A DNA stretch of 32,000 nucleotides, taken from Saccharolobus solfataricus. GTDB lineage: Archaea > Thermoproteota > Thermoprotei_A > Sulfolobales > Sulfolobaceae. Below, piece after piece: positions 14,177 to 25,267 of this stretch; position 1 is the stretch's first letter, and the number at the start of each line of letters is the position of its first letter. The translations under genes were made by a program, and so were the position numbers. Location: assembly GCF_900079115.1 (NCBI RefSeq), contig NZ_LT549890.1, positions 510,001 through 542,000 on the forward strand, given 5' to 3'. Under the pieces are notes generated by a model. The model searched no databases and was not told the origin of the DNA. It saw only the letters and a list, made by a program, of their open reading frames with translations.

Positions 14177-15307
14177 ATGAGATTTTCATTAAAGCTTATT
14201 TATTTATTTTACGTTGCTTATCTAGGGTTTTATATTGCACCAACCAAGTTAGTTAGAAATAAGATAAAATCTTGGCTATTAAATGCAAGCGAATATGATT
14301 TTACAGATATAAAAGAAGGAATAAGATTACATCTTAATGAATCCCCATTTGAGCCTCCACAATTTATAATAGATGCGGTTAAGATGTATTTAAGTAAGGG
14401 AAACAGATATCAACATCCAGATCTTTTAGAAAAATATAGGGAATTGGCTGCTGAATATTCGAAGGTGGAACCAGAAAACATTTATCCATCTGTAGGTGCG
14501 GATGGGTCAATCAGAGCAATATTTTATAACCTTGTAGAGCCGGGTGATACAATACTAACGAATTACCCGTCTTATAGTATGTATTCTGTTTACTCTTCAG
14601 TAAGAGGAACTAAGGTAATTAAAGTAAATCTTAAAGAGGATAATGAATGGTGGAAAGAAAACACTGATGATTTACTTGCTCAAGCAGAAAAAGTTGAGTT
14701 AGTCATAATTGATGATCCTAATAATCCTACAGGATCGCCAATGCTAAATGGGAAAAAGGAACTAATAGGTCAATTAGCAGAAAACACAAAAGGGTTTGTT
14801 GTAATTGATGAGGCATACTACGAATTTGGAGGATATACAGTTTCACCTTATATTTACGACTATCCTAACGTTTTGGTGGTTAGGACTCTGAGTAAGGCAT
14901 TTTCATTAGCTTCCTATAGATTAGGTTATACGATAGCTAATGAGGAGATAGTAAAGGCTCTTATGAAATCATCAACACCTTTTGATATACCTTTACCTTC
15001 ACTCATTGCCGGAATTACAGCATTAGAAAACCCGTCATATATAAAAGATGTCGTAAACATAGTTAATAGGAATAGGGAAATATTATATCAAGGGCTTAAG
15101 AATCTAAATCTGAAAGTTTACAAGTCGATAACCAATTTCCTTTTAATAAAAGATAACAGAAACTTGCAGGAAATGCTTATGAGACACGGGATTGCAATAA
15201 GAAAGTTATATGACAACTTTTATAGAATAACAATAGGGACTGAAGATCAGTGCAAGATGGTTATAGATAAACTTGGTGAGGAACTTGAAAATAGCAATTC
15301 CAAATAA
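14177..15307 (+). CDS. hisC: Histidinol-phosphate aminotransferase
   Basis: Class II aminotransferase. LHLNESPF (NENP-type), DDPNNPTG and PLP-lysine motif [19 protein letters not shown] 14177 is the only canonical in-frame start upstream of the conserved region. Confidence 0.9.
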
Positions 15308-16145
15308 AGGAAGACTCCAGCAACCTACGCTACAATTTTTACAGTCAGTAGGCATAAAACCGTTGGCCAGTGACGATAGAGCGTTAATAGTACCGACAAG
15401 TTGGGAGGGAGTGCAGCTAGTCATGATCAGAACCGAGGACATACCTAATATTGTGGAAACCGGTGCTACAGAATTAGGAATTACTGGTCATGATTATGTT
15501 ATAGAAAGTAGTGCAGATGTTGAAGAGCTAATCAAACTAGACTTTGGAAGATCAAAAATAGTTCTAGCAGTACCTCAAACTTGGAGAGAAAATTCTGTGG
15601 ACGAATTGAAAGGAAAGGAATTTAGAGTAGCTACTAAATACTATAACATCGCAAAGGAATACGTAAGGAGAAGAGAACTAAATGCAAAGGTAGTAAAAAT
15701 AAGCGGAGCTGCTGAGGTAATGCCATCACTGGGTGCTGCTGAGGCAATAATCGACGTAATGAGTACTGGGACTACACTAAAACTACATGGGTTAAAAGCA
15801 ATAGACGTTATAATGGACTCCTATGCTGTAGTTATAGGAAATAGAAACTGGATAAAAAACGATGAGGCTGATAGGATTAATTTACTTCTTACAATGATGA
15901 AAGGGGCAATAGCAGCTAAGGGTAAGAAAATGATATTCATGAATGTACCCGATAATAAACTAGATGGAGTAATAAATTCGCTGCCTGCAATGTTAGCCCC
16001 AGCAATAACTAGATTAAGCAGATCAGACATATGGGAAGTAATTACGGTAGCAGAGGAGGATATACTACCAGAAGTTATAGCCAAAGTGAAAGCTGCTGGA
16101 GCTAGGGATATCGTTGTAATTGATATAGAGAAAGTGGTGAAATAG
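15273..16145 (+). CDS. hisG: ATP phosphoribosyltransferase (long form)
   Basis: [12 protein letters not shown]-terminus, catalytic core and C-terminal regulatory domain. Possible starts are TTG 15273, GTG 15276 and TTG 15285. The last lies 5 nt after a GGTGA (15275-15279) and gives [11 protein letters not shown]. Confidence 0.9.
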
Positions 16146-16146
16146 A

Positions 16147-16845
16147 TTGAATGAAATAATTCCAAGTATTGATATAAGCTTTGGAAAAGCGGTAAAACGA
16201 ATTAGAGGAGTTAGGGGAACTGGTCTAGTTTTAGGTAATCCAATAGAACTAGCAAATAAACTCTATAATGAAGGATACTCAAGAATACACGTAGTTGATT
16301 TAGATGCTGCAGAAGGGGTTGGTAACAACGAGATGTACATCAAAGAAATATGTAAAATAGGATTTGATTGGATTCAAGTAGGCGGGGGTATAAGGGACGT
16401 TGAAAAAGCTAAAAGATTAATCTCATTAGATGTTAATGCCCTAATTTTCTCCACAATAGTATTTACTAATTTCAATCTATTTTACAATATTGTAAGAGAA
16501 ATCGGAAATAATAGAGTAATAGTATCTATAGATTATGACGATACGAAAAGAGTTCTAATAAGCGGATGGAAAGAGAGATCAATGGAAATAATAGATGGTA
16601 TTAAGAAGGTAAATGAACTTGAATTATTAGGGATTATACTAACCTATGTCACCAATGAAGGTACCGTTAAAGGAATCGATTATAGTGTGAAAGATTATGC
16701 AAAACTAATACGAGGGGTAAAAGAATATGCTGGCGGTGTTTCAAGTGATTCAGATATTACGTTTTTAAAAAACGTTGGATTTGATTACATAATAGTTGGA
16801 ATGGCTTTTTACCTAAATAAAATAAGGGGGACTAACGTTGTCTAG
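16147..16845 (+). CDS. hisA: ProFAR isomerase
   Basis: (beta/alpha)8 HisA pattern: IIPSIDI...VVDLDAA...VGGGIR. TTG start 6 nt after GGTGA (16136-16140). Confidence 0.9.
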   Translation: MNEIIPSIDISFGKAVKRIRGVRGTGLVLGNPIELANKLYNEGYSRIHVVDLDAAEGVGNNEMYIKEICKIGFDWIQVGGGIRDVEKAKRLISLDVNALIFSTIVFTNFNLFYNIVREIGNNRVIVSIDYDDTKRVLISGWKERSMEIIDGIKKVNELELLGIILTYVTNEGTVKGIDYSVKDYAKLIRGVKEYAGGVSSDSDITFLKNVGFDYIIVGMAFYLNKIRGTNVV

Positions 16846-17419
16846 AAGCGCAAATATAACTAGAGAAACAAAGGAGACTAAAATAGAGGTACTCTTAGAC
16901 ATAGATAGAAAAGGCGAAGTTAAGGTTTCCACTCCAATTCCATTTTTTAACCACATGCTTATAACATTACTAACCTACATGAACTCTACTGCAATAGTGT
17001 CTGCTACAGATAAACTACCCTATGACGATCATCATATTGTGGAAGATGTCGCAATAACGCTTGGTTTGGCAATAAAGACCGCACTAGGCGATAAGAGAGG
17101 AATAAAAAGATTCTCCCACCAAATTATACCAATGGATGATGCTTTGGTTTTAGTTTCACTAGATATTTCAAATAGAGGAATGGCCTTCGTTAATCTTAAT
17201 TTGAAAAGAAGTGAAATTGGTGGATTAGCTACGGAAAATGTTCCACATTTCTTCCAATCCTTTGCTTACAATAGTGGAATCACTTTACATATTTCTCAAT
17301 TGAGTGGATATAATACACACCATATCATAGAGGCTAGTTTTAAGGCCTTAGGATTAGCACTATACGAAGCAACGAGAATAGTAGACAATGAAATAAGAAG
17401 CACGAAGGGGATAATATGA
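16838..17419 (+). CDS. hisB: Imidazoleglycerol-phosphate dehydratase (dehydratase-only HisB)
   Basis: 193 aa. RETKETKIEV, DDHHIVEDVAI and HHIIEA motifs. No fused phosphatase domain. Confidence 0.93.
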   Translation: MSRSANITRETKETKIEVLLDIDRKGEVKVSTPIPFFNHMLITLLTYMNSTAIVSATDKLPYDDHHIVEDVAITLGLAIKTALGDKRGIKRFSHQIIPMDDALVLVSLDISNRGMAFVNLNLKRSEIGGLATENVPHFFQSFAYNSGITLHISQLSGYNTHHIIEASFKALGLALYEATRIVDNEIRSTKGII

Positions 17420-18171
17420 CAACGAAAAGAATAATAGCTTGCCTCGATGTAAAGGACGGTAACGTAGTTAAAGGAGTAAATTTCCTTAATCTCCAATTGA
17501 AAGGAGATCCGGTTAGCCTAGCCAGTCTATATGAAGAAGAAGGCGCTGATGAGATAGTCTTCTTAGATATAACTGCAACGATAGAAGCTAGAAAAGCATT
17601 ATATAATGTCATTAAGGATACTGCGAGCGTATTGTCCATTCCCTTAACAGTTGGTGGTGGTATTAGAACACCTGACGACGTGTCAATGGCGTTAAGATCT
17701 GGAGCAGATAAGGTTAGTATAAATACTGCTGCAGTTGAAAGTAGCCAAATAGTGAAAAAATCTGCAGAAGAGTTTGGATCACAAGCAGTAGTAGTAGCCA
17801 TAGATGTTAAGAAGGTAAGCGGAAATTGGATAGTCTTCACAAAATCCGGAACTTACAATACCAGACTTGATGCTATAAAGTGGGCTAAAAAGGTGGAAGA
17901 ACTTGGTGCAGGTGAAATATTGCTAACGAGTATTGATAGAGATGGTACTAGACTTGGTTATGACTTAGAATTAACTAGGAAAATAGTTGATTCTGTCAAT
18001 ATCCCAGTAATAGCTAGTGGGGGAGCTGGAAAAATGGAACATTTTTATGAGGTTTTTTCCCTCGCGAAGGCCGACGCAGCGTTAGCTGCTGGCATATTCC
18101 ATGATGGAATAATTAAAATAAAAGACTTGAAGTCGTATTTAAGCCAGAAAGGCATCGAGGTGAGAATGTGA
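17416..18171 (+). CDS. hisF: Imidazole glycerol phosphate synthase, cyclase subunit
   Basis: RIIACLDVKDG, VGGGIR, SIDRDGT and ASGGAG motifs. ATGA overlap with hisB. Confidence 0.95.
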   Translation: MTTKRIIACLDVKDGNVVKGVNFLNLQLKGDPVSLASLYEEEGADEIVFLDITATIEARKALYNVIKDTASVLSIPLTVGGGIRTPDDVSMALRSGADKVSINTAAVESSQIVKKSAEEFGSQAVVVAIDVKKVSGNWIVFTKSGTYNTRLDAIKWAKKVEELGAGEILLTSIDRDGTRLGYDLELTRKIVDSVNIPVIASGGAGKMEHFYEVFSLAKADAALAAGIFHDGIIKIKDLKSYLSQKGIEVRM

Positions 18172-19364
18172 TTTCCTATAGTCTGCCAAATGAGAGACCG
18201 AACGATTTTAGCAGAGTAATCCCAGTAGTCAAGGATATTATTGAGTCTGTTAAGACCAAGGGAGATAACGCGTTATATGAGCTAACTGAGAAATTAGATA
18301 AAGTTAAGATAGATAACATCAAGGCAAGGGAAGAGGAACTAAAAACACAAGCTTCTAAGTTGGATCCCAAAGTTAAGCAAGCTATAGATACAGCCTATGA
18401 ACAATTAAAGGCATTCCATGAAATGCTAGTTCCGCCTAATATCGGAGGGGGCTATCAAGGTATATCCTTTGGAGTAATTTGGAGAAGTATAGAGAAGATC
18501 GGAATATATGTCCCTTCCGGTAAATATTCCTATCCATCGACCTTACTAATGGCTGGAATACCAGCAAAAGTAGCTAAGGTAAAGGAAATTTACGTAGCCT
18601 CTCCTCCTACTCAAGAAGGAACCGTAAATCCAGCTTTAGCTTATGTTGCAATTAAGCTAGGAGTAAATGAGGTTTATAAGATTGGTGGTGCACAAGCAAT
18701 AGCTGCTTTAGCTTTTGGTACTGAGAGTGTAAAGAAAGTTTACAAGATTGTAGGACCAGGAAATGTCTATGTTCAAGCCGCTAAGTACCTAGTGAGTAGC
18801 GTTGTTGGAATTGATGGAATTGAGGGACCAACTGAATTAGTTATAATAGCAGATGAGACTGCAAAGGCCGAGTATGTGGCTCTAGATATGAAGGCACAAG
18901 CTGAACATGGTCCAGATACGTATATAGTGCTCTTATCTAATGATGATGAACTGATTAGGAGAGTCGAAGAGAAAATAAAGAATGATAAAAAAATATATTA
19001 TATAATAAAAACTAAAAATTTAGATGAAGCTATAGAAATTGCAAACAAAATTGCCCCAGAACATCTATCTTTATATGTTAAAGACGCATATACCTTAATG
19101 GATAAAATAGTAAATGCAGGCGCGATAAGCCTAGGAAACACACCTCCAGCAATAATAGATTATGTAGCTGGTCCTAATCACATTTTACCTACTAATGGTT
19201 GGGCTAAAATTAGGGGAGGCATTACTGTTTACGATTTTATAAAACCAACAATGTACGCTAATGTCCGTGATATAAATAAACAGCTACTTGAAGCATCTAT
19301 TTCCTTAGCAAACTATGAGGGATTCATAATTCATGGTAAAAGTATAGGTGCACGATATGAGTAA
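18168..19364 (+). CDS. hisD: Histidinol dehydrogenase
   Basis: 398 aa. YPSTLLM, GPGNVYV, QAEHGPD and PEHL motifs. GTG start 4 nt after a perfect GAGGTGA. Confidence 0.95.
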   Translation: MISYSLPNERPNDFSRVIPVVKDIIESVKTKGDNALYELTEKLDKVKIDNIKAREEELKTQASKLDPKVKQAIDTAYEQLKAFHEMLVPPNIGGGYQGISFGVIWRSIEKIGIYVPSGKYSYPSTLLMAGIPAKVAKVKEIYVASPPTQEGTVNPALAYVAIKLGVNEVYKIGGAQAIAALAFGTESVKKVYKIVGPGNVYVQAAKYLVSSVVGIDGIEGPTELVIIADETAKAEYVALDMKAQAEHGPDTYIVLLSNDDELIRRVEEKIKNDKKIYYIIKTKNLDEAIEIANKIAPEHLSLYVKDAYTLMDKIVNAGAISLGNTPPAIIDYVAGPNHILPTNGWAKIRGGITVYDFIKPTMYANVRDINKQLLEASISLANYEGFIIHGKSIGARYE

Positions 19365-19641
19365 TGAAATAGTAGATGAATTATACAAAATCATACTTGA
19401 TAGGATAGAAAAGAGGCCGACTGGTAGTTACACTGCTGAGATTGTAAATAAGGGAAAACCATACGTAGCGAGGAAGGTTGGCGAAGAATCTGTAGAAACA
19501 ATAGTAGCATCTCTAGCAGAAAATAAGGAGAGATTTATAAGTGAGGTCGCTGATCTAATCTATCATTTATTAGTATTAATGGCATTAGAAGGCGTAACAC
19601 CAGAGGATATTTATAGAGAGTTAGAGAGGAGGAGAAAATGA
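19348..19641 (+). CDS. hisE: Phosphoribosyl-ATP pyrophosphatase
   Basis: MazG-like helix pair: KVGEESVE...EVADLIYHLLVLM. The likely real start is ATG 19357 (MSNEIV...), 6 nt after GGTG. The GTG at 19348 is an alternative. Confidence 0.9.
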   Translation: MHDMSNEIVDELYKIILDRIEKRPTGSYTAEIVNKGKPYVARKVGEESVETIVASLAENKERFISEVADLIYHLLVLMALEGVTPEDIYRELERRRK

Positions 19642-20237
19642 AGGCATTAGTAATTAATTATGGTGTAGGTAATTTATATAGTATCTCATCTGCTCTAAAA
19701 AGAGTAGGATTTGAAGTAACAATAGATAATAAACCAAGGAATGATTACGATCTAATTGTATTTCCTGGTGTCGGAGCATTTTCAGCTGTAGCCGAATTTA
19801 TCTTACGATATAGGGAACTTTTCAATGATCTAAGAAGGAGTGGGACTAATTTTTTAGGAGTTTGTCTAGGCATGCAGATAATGTTTGAAAAGGGAACCGA
19901 GGGAAAAGAGAGTAATGGCTTAGGATGGTTTAAGGGTATAGTGGATAAGATAAATGCTAATGTGAAACTTCCTCACATAGGCTGGGATTTAGTATTTGAA
20001 GTGAAAGATTCTTGTGAATTAACTTACGGATTAGACAAGAAATATGTTTACTATGTACATAGCTATGTAGCTTATCCTACTAGTGGAGATTATGTTTACA
20101 TGAAAAGTCAGTATGGGATAGAATATCCTGCATTGGTATGTGATAAGAACGTTGTAGGAACTCAGTTTCACCCGGAGAAAAGTTCAAATACTGGTAAAAT
20201 ATTTCTCGAGAATCTTAAGGGGTGGATTAAACGTTAA
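19638..20237 (+). CDS. hisH: Imidazole glycerol phosphate synthase, glutaminase subunit
   Basis: Class I amidotransferase: nucleophile elbow GVCLGMQ and C-terminal FHPEKS. ATGA overlap with hisE. Confidence 0.93.
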   Translation: MKALVINYGVGNLYSISSALKRVGFEVTIDNKPRNDYDLIVFPGVGAFSAVAEFILRYRELFNDLRRSGTNFLGVCLGMQIMFEKGTEGKESNGLGWFKGIVDKINANVKLPHIGWDLVFEVKDSCELTYGLDKKYVYYVHSYVAYPTSGDYVYMKSQYGIEYPALVCDKNVVGTQFHPEKSSNTGKIFLENLKGWIKR

Positions 20238-20239
20238 AA

Positions 20240-20602
20240 CTGAATGAAATAGAAGCACAGAAGATCGCCTCTTTATTAAATTTTAAACATGAGGAAAATA
20301 CAGTAATTGCCGTAATTCAAGACTATAAGAGTAAAGAGATATTAATGGTGGGAAATATGAATAGAGAAGCGTTATTTAAAACATTAACAACTGGTTACCT
20401 CCATTTTTGGTCTTTAAGTAGAAAGAAATTATGGTTGAAGGGGGAAACTAGTGGAAATTTTCAAATAATTGAAGAATTTAAAGTGGATTGTGATGCAGAC
20501 GCTGTACTTTTTAAAGTAACATCATTAGGACCTATTTGTCACACTGGTAACTACACTTGTTTTTATAGAAGTTATGATGAGCTTGTTAATAGTAAGAGTT
20601 AA
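20240..20602 (+). CDS. hisI: Phosphoribosyl-AMP cyclohydrolase (start codon unresolved; minimal ATG ORF is 20345..20602)
   Basis: WSLSRKKLWLKGETSGNFQ...VDCDADAVLFKV...ICHTGNYTCF are the HisI metal and catalytic motifs. The frame is open upstream to 20231 and encodes VIAVIQD, the counterpart of the conserved IPAVVQD strand. Confidence 0.85.
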   Translation: MNEIEAQKIASLLNFKHEENTVIAVIQDYKSKEILMVGNMNREALFKTLTTGYLHFWSLSRKKLWLKGETSGNFQIIEEFKVDCDADAVLFKVTSLGPICHTGNYTCFYRSYDELVNSKS

Positions 20603-20628
20603 AATTTACTTTAACATAGTTAAAGAAT

Positions 20629-21027
20629 ATGAGTTCGCAACAACAAAAAGTAGACAAGGAAGAATGGAAGAAAAAAATAATGGAAGCGTTAAAAGACGTT
20701 TATGATCCAGAAATTCCAGTTGATATAGTAAATTTAGGACTTATTTATGATCTGAAAATAAATGATGATGGTGATGTTTACCTTAGATTAGGATTAACAG
20801 CACCAGGATGTCCAGTTGTTGATGATTTGATATACACTGTAGAGCAAGTAATAAAAGAAAGCGTACCAGCTAAGAGTGTGGAAGTTGACATAGATTTAGA
20901 TACACAATGGACGCCATTAAAAATGACAGCTGAGGGTAGAGAGAAGTTTAAACAGTTATATGGTTACGATATAGTTGAGATGTGGGTACAGACTTATGGA
21001 CTACCTGCTGATGAACAGAAGTCATAA
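20629..21027 (+). CDS. DUF59 / MIP18-SufT-family Fe-S cluster assembly protein
   Basis: Signature ALKDVYDPEIPVDIVNLGLIY...LTAPGCP. Confidence 0.8.
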   Translation: MSSQQQKVDKEEWKKKIMEALKDVYDPEIPVDIVNLGLIYDLKINDDGDVYLRLGLTAPGCPVVDDLIYTVEQVIKESVPAKSVEVDIDLDTQWTPLKMTAEGREKFKQLYGYDIVEMWVQTYGLPADEQKS

Positions 21028-21052
21028 AATTGTCTAATAATTATGTTATTCA

Positions 21053-22426
21053 ATGTCGTGGAGTATCCTAGAGCTTTTGCGAAAAAATCCGGAGGATTTG
21101 AAAAATAATTTGAAAAGACGGGCTATAGATGTTTCTTTAGTAGATAAAGCAGTAGAATTGGACAAAAAATGGAGACAAGTATTACAAGAAGTTGAAAAAT
21201 TAAGGCATCAACATAATGTTTTAAGTTCACAGATTTCTAAGCTCTCTGGAGAAGAGAGAAAAAAGAAAATTGAGGAAAGCAAAAACTTATTGAAAATCCT
21301 AGAAGAAAAAGAAAAAGAACTAGAAGAAATAGAGAATGAAAGAGATAGATTACTATCATCTCTACCGAACCTTGTAGCTGACGACGTCCCAAACGGTCCG
21401 GACGATAGCTATAACGTTCCTATTAAGTTTTGGGGGAAGTTTAAAGTATATGAGGGAGACGTTCAAGAATTTCTAAAGCAGATCAAGGATGCTAAAGTAA
21501 ACTATGAAGTAATTAAATGGAAACCGAAAGGGCATGCGGAAATGCTAGAAGATGTATTACATTTAGGAAATACGCTGAAAGCAGCTGAAATTGCGGGTTC
21601 TAGATTTTACTATTTATTTAATGATATAGTTTGGCTAGACTTCTCTCTACTACTTTTCGCAATCGATTACATTACTCAGCAAGGGTATACTTTAGTTCTC
21701 CCTCCTTATATGCTAAGGGGAGAGGTTATACAATCAGTAATAGACCTAGACACGTTTAAGGATGCTATATATAAGATAGAAAACGAGGATTTATATCTGA
21801 TTGCAACCGCAGAACACCCTATAGCAGCTATGTTCTTTAAAGAAGAAATTGAGAAAGATAAATTACCCTTAAAATTCGCCGGAATTAGTCCAGCTTTTAG
21901 AAAAGAAGCAAGTGCTGCAAATAAGGATTTAAAGGGAATTTTCAGAGTTCATCAATTTCATAAAGTTGAACAGTTTATATTTTCAACTCCAGAAGATAGT
22001 TGGAAATATCATAGTGAATTGATAACGAATGCTGAAAGTATATTTCAGCAACTCGAATTGCCATACAGAATTGTAAATATAGCGTCAGGTGATTTAGGTG
22101 CATGCGCTGCAAAGAAATTCGATTTAGAGGTATGGATGCCAGCTCAGGCCAAATTTAGAGAAATGGTAAGTTGTAGCAATTGTACGGATTGGCAAGCTTT
22201 CAGAATGAAGATAAGATATGTGGATAGAAAAAATAATAGAAGGGGCTACGTACATACATTAAATAGTACTGCAATAGCTAGCACAAGAACTATAACAGCT
22301 ATTCTAGAAAATTATCAGAGAGAAGATGGTGTTGTCGAGGTACCAAAAGTACTAAGAAAATATCTTGAGGCGTTTCCGAAGGCTCCTAAAGATTATATAT
22401 ACCCGCTAAAAAATAAGATAATTTAG
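21053..22426 (+). CDS. serS: Seryl-tRNA synthetase
   Basis: N-terminal coiled-coil arm, then class II core: [37 protein letters not shown] and LNSTAIA. Confidence 0.95.
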
Positions 22427-22428
22427 TT

Positions 22429-23949
<1,521 letters not shown>

Positions 23950-23990
23950 CTATTTATTCTCACTCTTATAATCGTATATAAAAACCCTTT

Positions 23991-24230
23991 TTATAAAAGT
24001 TGTACTACTTTTCTAAAATTCTTCTTTAAGTCTTCTGTCGCATTGTTTCTATCTAAATCCTTTGCATCATCATCTTTAGGCTTCCATTTTTCTCCGTTAG
24101 GTAAACTAACTCCTTTTATGGATGTGAAAATGTATATTAACTCTCCCTTCTCATTTTTTGCCTCTTCTACAATTATTTCATTACTACCTATCTTAGCCTT
24201 GTACTTAGCTGCTGTTCCAGTTACCTTCAT
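23991..24230 (-). CDS. Small Lys-rich hypothetical protein (79 aa)
   Basis: ORF preceded by a TTTTATAA box (24253-24260, minus strand) 22 nt upstream of the ATG. That is typical leaderless-promoter geometry. No motif recognised. Confidence 0.5.
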   Translation of the reverse strand: MKVTGTAAKYKAKIGSNEIIVEEAKNEKGELIYIFTSIKGVSLPNGEKWKPKDDDAKDLDRNNATEDLKKNFRKVVQLL

Positions 24231-24419
24231 ACCTTAAAACTACTGCACATAATTATAAAAGATTTCCTACTGTGATGCTTAGTTGATCCATTGAATGTTT
24301 TACACTAGACGCCATATTATCTTCATCTTAATTAATGTAAAGGCCTACAGCTTAGCTTTGCGAAGATTCTTAAATGACCGCAAAAATTCAACAAGTTTAC
24401 AAATCACTACTAGAATGCT

Positions 24420-24728
24420 CTAATCTTCTCTACTTTCTTCCTCTTCATTTCCCTCGAATTCCTCTCTTAGTAACTCCAACCCTATTTCCTTATAATACTC
24501 TTCCCTTTCATGCTCTAGCTCCTCGCTTAAATTTCTTCCCTCTTTGTCACTAACTATTGATGTTGTTAACACTTTACTACTCTTATCCTTGCTCTCCTTT
24601 ACACTATATTCTTTCTTCTCTTTTTCACTTAACATCATCTCATAGCCACATTTACTACATTTCAAGATTTCTTTCCCGTCTTTCTTTGATGGAACCATTA
24701 ATCCTCCGCACTTAGGACAAAACTTCAT
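24420..24728 (-). CDS. C4 zinc-ribbon protein (RpoM/TFS N-terminal-ribbon-like) with acidic C-terminal tail
   Basis: [13 protein letters not shown]...[10 protein letters not shown], then a Lys/Glu-rich region ending [11 protein letters not shown] 24728 has a TTTTTATA box (24754-24761, minus strand) 25 nt upstream. The longer start at 24770 adds only hydrophobic residues. Confidence 0.6.
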   Translation of the reverse strand: MKFCPKCGGLMVPSKKDGKEILKCSKCGYEMMLSEKEKKEYSVKESKDKSSKVLTTSIVSDKEGRNLSEELEHEREEYYKEIGLELLREEFEGNEEEESRED

Positions 24729-24769
24729 AAGTGTAAATAAAGTGAGGGAATAGTATAAAAACTTTTGCA

Positions 24770-25243
24770 TTAAAATATTCGTATTCTTGGATCTTCTTTG
24801 ACAACATTTAAAACTATACTTGTATATGTTCTTTCAATCTTAGGATTTTTAAGCAACTGTTTTAAGAAGCTATCCAGTTCTTCTACACTTCTAAACTTAG
24901 CGATTATTACAACATCATATTCCCCTACCACATCATAAACAGCTGTAACGTTATCAGCGTTTGCTATCTCTTTTTCGAATTCAACAAGATGTTTTCCATC
25001 CACTTTCGCCATAATTATGCCAGTTAGAGCGAAACCCAATTTAGAGTAATCTAGCAAAGCTACGAAGCTTTTTATCATTCCTTCTTGTACCATTCTAGTC
25101 ATTCTGTTATGAAGCGTAGCTGGAGATACGTTCATCTCTTCTGCAAGTCTTCTTAGACTTGTTCTCGCATCTCTAGTGAGTTCTATTAATAATCTTCTAT
25201 CTATTGCGTCCAAATCTACCGTACGTTTTTTACTATCTGACAT
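24770..25243 (-). CDS. lrp: Lrp/AsnC-family transcriptional regulator
   Basis: 157 aa. N-terminal HTH ([38 protein letters not shown]) and a C-terminal RAM/ACT-like domain. Confidence 0.9.
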   Translation of the reverse strand: MSDSKKRTVDLDAIDRRLLIELTRDARTSLRRLAEEMNVSPATLHNRMTRMVQEGMIKSFVALLDYSKLGFALTGIIMAKVDGKHLVEFEKEIANADNVTAVYDVVGEYDVVIIAKFRSVEELDSFLKQLLKNPKIERTYTSIVLNVVKEDPRIRIF

Positions 25244-25267
25244 ACTAATAAACTTATAGAGATCATG

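Noticed and set aside
15821-17840. Antisense ORFs inside hisG/hisA (15821-16165), hisB (17296-17496) and hisF (17340-17840)
   Set aside because: The reasoning is the same: they are embedded in well-supported his genes, low-complexity and motif-free. The same applies to 83-412, 165-383, 2575-2778, 3143-3358, 5580-5765, 6813-7297, 8667-8867, 8908-9346, 15206-15442, 18176-18370, 22637-23029, 24043-24237, 26813-27010, 29044-29340, 29996-30241, 30855-31052 and 31204-31404.
24261-24419. Possible small RNA (C/D box sRNA or MITE) in the 189-nt spacer between the 79-aa ORF and the zinc-ribbon gene
   Set aside because: Only a degenerate C-box-like GTGATGC is present, with no CTGA D box on either strand. 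I see no terminal inverted repeats and no GC-rich stems. The spacer is largely explained by the promoter of the 79-aa ORF and a T-run (24393-24397, minus strand) after the zinc-ribbon gene. An ncRNA cannot be excluded without transcript data.
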